The notes under the pieces: generated by a model
Seen by the model: only the letters and a program-made list of their open reading frames with translations
Databases searched by the model: none
What the model was told of the DNA's origin: nothing
Position numbers and translations under genes: made by a program
Shown: piece after piece, positions 34,701-42,731 of the stretch
Position numbering within the stretch: the first letter of the stretch is position 1
How the letters are laid out: the number at the start of each line of letters is the position of its first letter
Origin: Catajapyx aquilonaris
Taxonomy: Eukaryota
Assembly (NCBI GenBank): GCA_000934665.2
Contig: JYFJ02003452.1
Coordinates: forward strand, 1 to 42,731
Direction: 5' to 3'
Length of the DNA: 42,731 nucleotides

Positions 34701-36808
34701 CTTCCGAAGCGTGGAGGCCTCCGAGTGGCTCCAGCAGTTGCAGTCTGTCATGCGTCTTGCTGGTGCCGTTGTTGACCTGCTGGACGTGCAGGGGTCAAGT
34801 GCCGCCATATGCGTCGAGGACGGCTGGGACCTGACATGCCAAGTGGCCAGCTTGGCCCAGCTCTGCCTCGATCCATACTACCGCACGTTGGAAGGGTTTC
34901 GACACCTGGTTGAGAAGGAGTGGATGGCGTTTGGGCACCGGTTTGGACACCGATGCGGACTGGGGATCGGCCCAGGGCAGGGTTTCGCCCCTGTGTTTCT
35001 GCAGTGGCTGGATGCCGTGCACCAAGTCCGAAGCCAGTTCCCACTCAGCTTTGAATTCAACGACTTCTACCTGCGGTTTCTGGCCTACCACCATGTGTCC
35101 GGTCGTTTCCGGACATTCCTGTTCGACTCTGAGCTTGAACGGGTTGACCTTGGTGTGACCCAGGCGGAGGACAAACGAGGGTCTCTCTCGCGGCATCACA
35201 AAGGGTTGGAGACAATCCAGCCGTCCTCGGAAGAAGAGAACCAGACGCCACTGGGCCAGTCTGTGTTTGACTACATCGAGAAGGTGTCGGCAAGGCGGCC
35301 TGTGTTCGCCAACTTCTTTTACCGCCCCGACGCTGAGATGGAAGTGCTGCGACCCTACTCGCACCTGAGCAACCTGCAGCTGTGGGAGTATTACCTCGGG
35401 GAAAGCCTCTCCCGAGGGCCTGCGTACGACCTGGAGGTTGTGGATGCGGAAGATGACGAGGAGGAGGACGAGGAAACCTACGAACGAGGAGGACGGAAGT
35501 CGTTCAGAAAGACTGTCACCAAAGGGTACGAAGATGTGTCTCGGGCTGTGCCTGACGCGTTCTCGTATCTTCTAGCGCAGGTTAGTGTCCCCGTCGTATG
35601 CAATGTACCGTATAATTCAGTTGCTTCGTTGCAGATTCGCCACCTGGAGATTGAGCTGGGGCATCTCCCGCAGAAGTGGGGCGTCCAGTGGGATAAGATG
35701 GATGTGTCTCCTGATGTTCCGCTGACGTCTTCCGCCATCTGCCAGCAGTCGCCGCAACAGTGGCGGCATCCCTCCCATCCGCACTTGTCCCTCCCCGACC
35801 CAACGTCCGCATTGGTTCGCTCCCACGGACGCTCATTGCACAAGCGCACAACTATGGAGATCCTGGTGCGTGGAAAGATGGCTGCTTCCGCCTCCATGAT
35901 GACGACTGCATCCACGGCCGAGACGCAAGCCTTCTCGCAGGCCTACTCGCAGCCCCACCGCTTCGAGCGATACACCTTCAGCACCCCCACGTACTGCGAT
36001 TGTTGCTCAACAGTCCTCTGGGGCTTGGTCAAGACTGGAATGCACTGCATCGACTGCGGATACTCGTGCCATGACCGCTGCCTCGAGAACGTACCCAACA
36101 ACTGCACCAAATACATTGCACCAGTTCCAGCGACCATCGGCATTGGAGGGCTAGCCCCGCCCGCATCAATGAGCGTCAAGTCCGACACCGTGTCTGTGAC
36201 GTCAGGTGTCCACCGTCGCAACAACGCAACGAGCCAGTACTACGACCAGTTCTCATCCCACGTGGCCGAGAACAGGACGCACGAGGGCTACCTGTACAAA
36301 CGAGGAGCATTGCTGAAGGGTTGGAAGCAACGGTGGTTTGTGCTGGACTCCATCAAGCACCAGATGAGATATTACGACGCAATGGAGGACTCCCATTGCA
36401 AGGGATTTGTCGGTAAGCATTTGAAGTACACACACTAACCTTGGCCTCGATGTGGGATTAACAGTTGCATTTTTTGTCGGAGATACCGAGTGACATACTT
36501 GTCAGAGATAACGCTTTTATGCAACGTTTCGTCAACAGCATTGTTTAAATATTCCCGTCAATTGTTGCAGACTTGGCGGACGTCGTGTCTGTGACTCCCG
36601 CCCAACCGACTCCAGGAGCTCCGAAGAAAACGGATGACAAATCATTTTTTGATGTGAGTACGCCCATTAATACGAATTGCGCCCCCGTGATTTTAATCCC
36701 GTCGATTGTTTGCAGCTTCGTACAACCCGTCGTGTGTACAACTTCTGTGCGAGCGACGCCAACTCGGCCCAGGAGTGGATCGAGAAGGTGCAAGCCTGCC
36801 TCCAGTGA
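28759..36808 (+). CDS. Sbf: SET-binding factor / myotubularin-related protein 5/13 (DENN-SBF2-GRAM-inactive myotubularin-coiled coil-C1-PH), ~2114 aa
   Basis: Exons 28759-28813, 28997-29315, 29368-29612, 29663-30590, 31494-32115, 32175-32310, 32365-32792, 32849-33614, 33689-35580, 35635-36412, 36571-36653, 36716-36808 (6345 nt in frame). Features: N-terminus [18 protein letters not shown] ([15 protein letters not shown]); GRAM ([17 protein letters not shown]); inactive phosphatase signature [10 protein letters not shown]1 (HRF...CDCC...CIDC...CHDRC...C); PH ([22 protein letters not shown]). Confidence 0.96.
30767..30838. mobile_element. Tiny Harbinger-like MITE in Sbf intron 4
   Basis: gccgcgtttacatgcgagcgaattgatc pairs with gatcgaatcgctcactcgtaaacgcagc, with TAA-like flanks. 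Confidence 0.55.
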
Positions 36809-38930
36809 ACCTGATGGGACAGTTTATAACACTAGTCAGAACGAAGGGGCACAAATACAATGGAACCAACAATACTCGAAGAAGCTCTCCCCCTAACAAT
36901 ACTAATGCGGACGCATCTCTTCCCGCCACACCTTTTTATTTCCACGAGAAAGCATTTGTTGGGGCTGGAAAAGTGAAAAAAAAAAGACCCAGTTCCTATT
37001 TTTGTCGGCCAAAACATGCATTTCTTTTCTCTCTCTGTCTCTCTTAGGTCCTGCGTAGCCGTGTAACAGTGTAAAGTATGTACGTAGAGTGAAAACATTG
37101 CGTGAGTGTGTACATAGTGTACCATAGAGTCTGGGTGCCATACAAAAAAAGAGAGAGCAGCGTCGCCTATGGTCAAAGAAGTTAACAGCAATTAAAAAAA
37201 GCCCTGAATTACAACAACCTGTCGTCTTGAATGCTACCGCCCCCACCGCTTAACGATCCTTATCAGGTTGTGATAACAGGTGATACCTGACGACTTGCAG
37301 CCGGCCGGAGATTATGCAGCTTGGGGACGAAATATCAGTTCGGCATGATCGTGGAAATGACGCACGTTGTTACTGTGACATTCATCGTAATAGTCGTTAG
37401 CAGTCATTTTTTGGTAAGTAACCGACTTTTTATCCTAATGAGAATTTGTTGGAATTCGTTTAGCACAATTAGTTTACAATCGCCTTTATGCAGATTAGAT
37501 AGAAAAAGCTGCACGTCCTTTCGAGGCCCATAAAACTAATTTATATTTTGCAAGATCGGAAAACCTAACGTCAAGTCCATCCTGGCACACGAAGCCTACT
37601 GTGCGGAAAATGAAACTACGATCTGACGTCATCTTCACACAACAATAATGTGAGTAAACAGTGTCAACAAAAAGAACATTGTTTACTCCTATTGTTGCAT
37701 GAGAACAAATTGATGACGTCAGATCTTCATTTCGTTTTTTCGGCTTTTTAAACCCGAGTAAAAAAAATAAAGCATAGTGCCACTTCACCGGTGGACGATT
37801 AGTTTTTCTAAACCATTGGACCATGAGCTGCGAGATAACGGAAGCTGCGGCTGTACGTAGCTGGATAAAATAAAAAGGGAGAATTTTTTTCCATTAGAAT
37901 GTCATGAACTTGCATTAAAATCCTATGTACGTCCGTGTCGAAAGCCAAATTGTGACAAATTCTGGTTTAAGCAGGATTAGTTCTCCGGAAGCCTGTAACG
38001 TAGGATTATGGAGTGGCGTAACGGTAGTGTCTAAAACGAGCAATTGTGATCTATCGCTTCTCGTTATCGGGTACACTTATCTTGGGGCCAAGTAGCTCTT
38101 CCTTATTGCAGTATCAATAGCGTGTGGTATCTGGTTTTGTTTACTGAAACTGAGTTGAGATTAATTTGGGGCAATTCTTGTAATATGCTAATGTGCGATG
38201 ATGAGATCTAAAACAAATTGATTTGCCCTTTTCCGTTACATTTTTGAATCAAACCTGTCTCTGTTGTCCCACCTGAATAACCGATGAGTAACAAAATGAT
38301 GATATGTGATAAAATGTGTGTACAGAGCTTATTACACCACAGCAGACAGTGCTCCCTGACTGGTTGCCTACAGCAGCCAAAGTGCGATTAGTGACTTGTA
38401 AATAAAAGAGGCGACTGTGATTTGTGGGATGCCCTTTTATCAAACATACACTTGTTGATTGCCCCTGATATGACTTCTGCAATTAGACCTCTGCAGTATA
38501 TATAAGTGAGAATAATTGGGCTGTTTTTTTTGGGGTTGAAGCGAGACATGCAACTATATGCCACCTGTCATGTCCAACTATTATTAGCAATGAATGTCTC
38601 TCATGTGCAGTATTTCTTATCATTCTAACTGCTGTGCCACACCTTATTTCACAGCCAGCCAGGGCAATCACGGATAATAGATAAGGGAAATAGATGCGAT
38701 ACATTATTTGCAACGCCACTGACAAACACTGATTAGCCAAGTGCAGCTGTGAAGGTCGTAAAATATGTCCCATTACATTCCAGTATTTACCAAATGACGA
38801 CATCAGTGAAAGTCAGGCCTTGAATTTACCCAAAAACTGTTTGTTATCAATATTACTAACATATCCATTGCAGCACCATAACTGATAAGAAGTATTGTGC
38901 CGATGAAATTATTGATGGCTAATATTCCAG

Positions 38931-41183
38931 GGGTCATCAGGGAACAACACGAGCAATGAGGTGCGGACAACACGTTGCACGAAAGCAGGCAGATTTCCTG
39001 GGGCCAACTGCAAAGCGTTCGTGATATGCTCGCCGAGGAGAGAAGGAGGATTCAGAAGACAAGATATCGGCTGTCCAGATGGCCTCATCTACGACCAGAA
39101 ACGAGGGTACTGCACGAGAGATGCTGTGTGCGGATATGATTCACGAGCATCTGTGGTCGCATTCAAGTCGTCTTCATCCAACAGCCAGTGCCTGTCCGCA
39201 GGTCTGTTCCGGGGCGACAATTGCACCAAATACTACTCATGCACACCCTCGTTGGATGGAAACAATTTTATATACACTCCATATAAATGTCCACTAAACC
39301 TATACTTTGATAGAAAAAAGAAAGGTTGCACGTCAGATCAAAGCGCATGCGACGATAACCCGGAACCTCCTGAACCACCGTCGGGTGAGAAATGCTCCAC
39401 TCCAGGTTGGTTCCCTACCCGAAATTGCACGAGTTACTACGTGTGCAGGCCTGACAGGTTGGGAGGATTCACGCAGAAGTTGTACAACTGCAAAGAAGGG
39501 AGGTTCTTCAGCGTCAAAAAAGGATACTGCGTGGACAAAGATTCTTCGGGATGTGATCCGCATAGAACGCCTTATAGTTATCCCAAATGCACTAGCCCGG
39601 GACGATTCCCTGCTCCAGATTGCAGGTATTATTATATCTGCAATCCAGATCCACTAAATCCCGGGAAGTACACACAGATTGGAATGAAATGTAAAGACGG
39701 GCGGTACTTCAGCTATGAGAGAAGTTTCTGTGTTCCTCCAGCTGATGCTCCTTGCTCTAATAATGTCACTACAACACTGCCACCGTCGCCAACAACACCT
39801 ATTGAAACAACTACTGAAACTACCGAGAGTACTGAAAAAACAAGAACATCTCATCCTACTCCAATTGTGACGACTCCGAAGCATACTTCTACTTCCACAC
39901 CAACCACCCACAAGTCCTCGACAGCCAGTCAATCGACGCCAACAACCCAGAAGTCCTCGACAGCCAGTCAATCGACGCCAACAACCCAGAAGTCCTCCAC
40001 AGCCAGTCAATCGACGCCAACAACCCAGAATTCTTCGACAGCCAGTCAATCGACGCCAACAACCCACAAGACGTCCACAGCCAGTCCCTCGCCAACCACC
40101 ACCCACAAGACGTCCACAGCCAGTCCCTCGCCAACCACCACCCACAAGACGTCCACAGCCAGTCCCTCGCCAACCACCACCCACAAGACGTCCACAGCCA
40201 GTCCCTCGCCAACCACCACCCACAAGACGTCCACAGCCAGTCCCTCGCCAACCACCACCCACAAGACGTCCACAGCCAGTCCCTCGCCAACCACCACCCA
40301 CAAGACGTCCACAGCCAGTCCCTCGCCAACCACCACCCACAAGACGTCCACAGCCAGTCCCTCGCCAACCACCACCCACAAGACGTCCACAGCCAGTCCC
40401 TCGCCAACCACCACCCACAAGACGTCCACAGCCAGTCCCTCGCCAACCACCACCCACAAGACGTCCACAGCCAGTCCCTCGCCAACCACCACCCACAAGA
40501 CGTCCACAGCCAGTCCCTCGCCAACCACCACCCACAAGACGTCCACAGCCAGTCCCTCGCCAACCACCACCCACAAGACGTCCACAGCCAGTCCCTCGCC
40601 AACCACCACCCACAAGACGTCCACAGCCAGTCCCTCGCCAACCACCACCCACAAGACGTCCACAGCCAGTCCCTCGCCAACCACCACCCACAAGACGTCC
40701 ACAGCCAGTCCCTCGCCAACCACCACCCACAAGACGTCCACAGCCAGTCCCTCGCCAACCACCACCCACAAGACGTCCACAGCCAGTCCCTCGCCAACCA
40801 CCACCCACAAGACGTCCACAGCCAGTCCCTCGCCAACCACCACCCACAAGACGTCCACAGCCAGTCCCTCGCCAACCACCACCCACAAGACGTCCACAGC
40901 CAGTCCCTCGCCAACCACCACCCACAAGACGTCCACAGCCAGTCCCTCGCCAACCACCACCCACAAGACGTCCACAGCCAGTCCCTCGCCAACCACCACC
41001 CACAAGACGTCCACAGCCAGTCCCTCGCCAACCACCACCCACAAGACGTCCACAGCCAGTCCCTCGCCAACCACCACCCACAAGACGTCCACAGCCAGTC
41101 CCTCGCCAACCACCACCCACAAGACGTCCACAGCCAGTCCCTCGCCTACAACCACCCACAAGACGAGTAGAGTGCAACAATGA
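38931..41183 (+). CDS. Peritrophin-type mucin: four chitin-binding type-2 (CBM14/peritrophin-A) domains plus a Thr/Ser/Pro-rich mucin tail; signal-peptide exon(s) not located
   Basis: Acceptor ttccag at 38930 opens the frame GSSGNNTSNEVR. Four six-Cys domains follow (CTKAGRFP..C..F..C..CPDGLIYD...C..C, CLSAGLF..., CSTPGWFP..., CTSPGRFP...), then T/S/P repeats to the TGA at 41181-83. Confidence 0.88.
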   Translation, partial: GSSGNNTSNEVRTTRCTKAGRFPGANCKAFVICSPRREGGFRRQDIGCPDGLIYDQKRGYCTRDAVCGYDSRASVVAFKSSSSNSQCLSAGLFRGDNCTKYYSCTPSLDGNNFIYTPYKCPLNLYFDRKKKGCTSDQSACDDNPEPPEPPSGEKCSTPGWFPTRNCTSYYVCRPDRLGGFTQKLYNCKEGRFFSVKKGYCVDKDSSGCDPHRTPYSYPKCTSPGRFPAPDCRYYYICNPDPLNPGKYTQIGMKCKDGRYFSYERSFCVPPADAPCSNNVTTTLPPSPTTPIETTTETTESTEKTRTSHPTPIVTTPKHTSTSTPTTHKSSTASQSTPTTQKSSTASQSTPTTQKSSTASQSTPTTQNSSTASQSTPTTHKTSTASPSPTTTHKTSTASPSPTTTHKTSTASPSPTTTHKTSTASPSPTTTHKTSTASPSPTTTHKTSTASPSPTTTHKTSTASPSPTTTHKTSTASPSPTTTHKTSTASPSPTTTHKTSTASPSPTTTHKTSTASPSPTTTHKTSTASPSPTTTHKTSTASPSPTTTHKTSTASPSPTTTHKTSTASPSPTTTHKTSTASPSPTTTHKTSTASPSPTTTHKTSTASPSPTTTHKTSTASPSPTTTHKTSTASPSPTTTHKTSTASPSPTTTHKTSTASPSPTTTHKTSTASPSPTTTHKTSTASPSPTTTHKTSTASPSPTTTHKTSTASPSPTTTHKTSTASPSPTTTHKTSTASPSPTTTHKTSRVQQ
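39906..41165 (+). repeat. 39-bp coding minisatellite (13 aa): 4 variant units plus 28 near-identical units
   Basis: Variant THKSSTASQSTPT-type units start at 39906, 39945, 39984 and 40023. The unit acccacaagacgtccacagccagtccctcgccaaccacc (THKTSTASPSPTT) runs 28 times from 40062 to 41153, followed by a partial unit. Confidence 0.97.
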
Positions 41184-41993
41184 TTCACTTCTCCTCCTCT
41201 TGTGTGTATTTATGAAAGGTGACCCTCACACTAGTCCACGCGGAAATATTGATATTCTCTTAGCAAATTACCTCTCAGTGATGCATACATAAATTATTGG
41301 TATGGAGGTATGGTTAGGGACCTTCTTGATATATTCACAATCTTCATAATCTTCACATTTGAAATGTAGGTGTTTCATGTTTATGTTGATATGCTGAGTA
41401 TTACGTGATACAAAAACTGGAAGCTTTTCTTGAACTATGCTGACTTCAATAACAAATCTCACGTGAAAAGGCAGAGTGTTTCTCAAACTGTTTTGATTGC
41501 GGTCCACTTAGGCCAGGGAGAAAGAGATCAAGGGACAATTTCTGGTTGATATTCTCCACATGTAGGTTTTGCATATGCCAATAAAGCTGCAAGAAAAATT
41601 TGAAATCATTTAATCCCAAAATGTGCCCAATGTTATTCGAAATCCAACCCATCACCACGAGAGAACTTTCACACACAGCATGGCAGACAAGCAGAAGAGT
41701 TGTTAATAAACAAGTCAATAGCGGTTAGGAGGAAGTAGCAGTGCTTCACCAGTAGCGGCGATTGTTGAATGGAAATTGATAGCGCCTAATCCCGTCCTTC
41801 CACCTTGGTTCGGTGACAGGAACGCACCCTACTTTTGCATATAAAAAAAAAAAGATAGAGAAGAGAAAGATGGCCGTCGATTCTGTGGGCTTGAAGCATC
41901 TTTGGCTTGAAGGGACTTGATTCTTCGGCTGGTCGGTGTGGCTTGGACACTTGGCACGATGACATGACCTCCACCCTTTGTGTTTGCAGGGCC

Positions 41994-42275
41994 ATGTCTT
42001 TGATCCTGAGGATAAAGAAGGAGGAGGAAGTGAAGGAGGAGGAGGAGGACATCACAGTGGACGAGGAGAGTTGGAGGCTGAGGGTGAAGGAGGAGGAGGA
42101 AGCACCGCCACCATGGTTGGACAATGAGTCTACTACGCTCATGGAAGACACTCTCCTCGAGATCAAGAAGGAGGAAGCAGAGGAGGAGGAGGAGGAAGAG
42201 ATGGTGGTGGACATGTCCAGGGTTGTGGAGGATGAAGATGACCCTTTAGGAGTTGGTTCAGGAGGGACTAGGGGG
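41994..42275 (+). CDS. First coding exon (partial gene) of an acidic nuclear protein, possibly a C2H2 zinc-finger protein
   Basis: Acceptor tttgcag at 41989, gccATG at 41994, donor g|gtaag at 42276. It encodes MSLILRIKKEEEVKEEEE...RVKEEEE...EIKKEEAEEEE...EDEDDPLG. Repeated (I/V)KxE motifs and an acidic DPL motif recall insect zinc-finger N-termini. No finger is visible in the window. Confidence 0.55.
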
Positions 42276-42731
42276 GTAAGTGTTCTGCGGAAATTGTCAT
42301 CTCTCCATATGCAAATCAGACACCCAAACTGGATGATGTAAATGTCCCCCGCAACGATGTTGACTATTTTATCAAGTAAGCTGAGGATTCTTTGAAGAGG
42401 GTTTACGGGGCAGTGCTTCTCTATCTTTTTCATTGGCAATCCCCAACCAATTGTCTCCCCCTCCCCCCTCCCCGATGTGCACATTTTTATCTCCGACGTC
42501 AAAACACTGGTAAACAGTGAAATCAAAATCGCAGACGACCATTATCCGAACAGTATCCGACTTGTGCTGTAACTAGCTTTACGAGCATATTTTTAACTAG
42601 AGACTAGGAAAACCCTCGCTCCCGTTGTACCCTCGGTACGTTGCGTTGTCTGGTGTATGTGAAAAGGTGTTTATTTGGGGTGATTGGGGGAAGGGGTCGG
42701 GAGGGGCGGATGAGGCAGTGGCCACGACCCG

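Noticed and set aside
28747..36435. Antisense ORFs over Sbf
   Set aside because: Codon-bias shadows of Sbf exons.
37608..37732. Two TGACGTCA sites upstream of the peritrophin
   Set aside because: They are arms of a short inverted repeat; there is no independent support for a regulatory role.
39906..41165. CRISPR-like regular array
   Set aside because: The units are head-to-tail with no unique spacers, in frame within a mucin, in a eukaryotic context.
39654..41188. Three long antisense ORFs (508, 406 and 380 aa)
   Set aside because: They are shadows of the stop-free 39-bp repeat; the + frame continues the CBM14 domains.
41786..42526. 246-aa Ser-rich minus-strand ORF
   Set aside because: It is the antisense of the GAG-rich acidic exon; splice signals and the Kozak context favour the + strand.

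Overview
Eukaryotic genomic DNA, almost certainly arthropod and probably hexapod: GC-rich exons, many 50-66 nt GT-AG introns, and repeat-rich intergenic DNA. I rebuilt five multi-exon or near-complete protein genes by hand, all on the + strand, plus the start of a sixth. (1) A Kekkon-family LRR-Ig receptor (11504-14958, ~875 aa, C-terminal PDZ motif GTEV). (2, 3) A tandem pair of divergent short-prodomain caspases (21950-23456, ~351 aa, QACRG; 25262-26760, ~303 aa, EACRG). (4) Sbf/MTMR5-13 DENN-pseudophosphatase (28759-36808, ~2114 aa). (5) A peritrophin-type mucin with four CBM14 domains and a 39-bp coding minisatellite (38931-41183, 5' end not located). (6) An acidic first coding exon of a probable zinc-finger-type nuclear protein (41994-42275). 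Non-coding DNA is dense with foldback/MITE-like palindromes, DINE-1/Helentron-like fragments and microsatellites. The most interesting signal is the caspase pair. Both keep the His/Cys dyad but have Leu in place of the conserved S1-pocket Arg of the SWR motif. The second copy also has Q>E in the pentapeptide, a 7-aa deletion and a Trp-rich hydrophobic N-terminus that alternative splicing could remove. This suggests non-Asp-specific or decoy caspases. No prokaryotic-type system (CRISPR, operon), tRNA or rRNA was seen. Family comparisons are from memory, not database searches.
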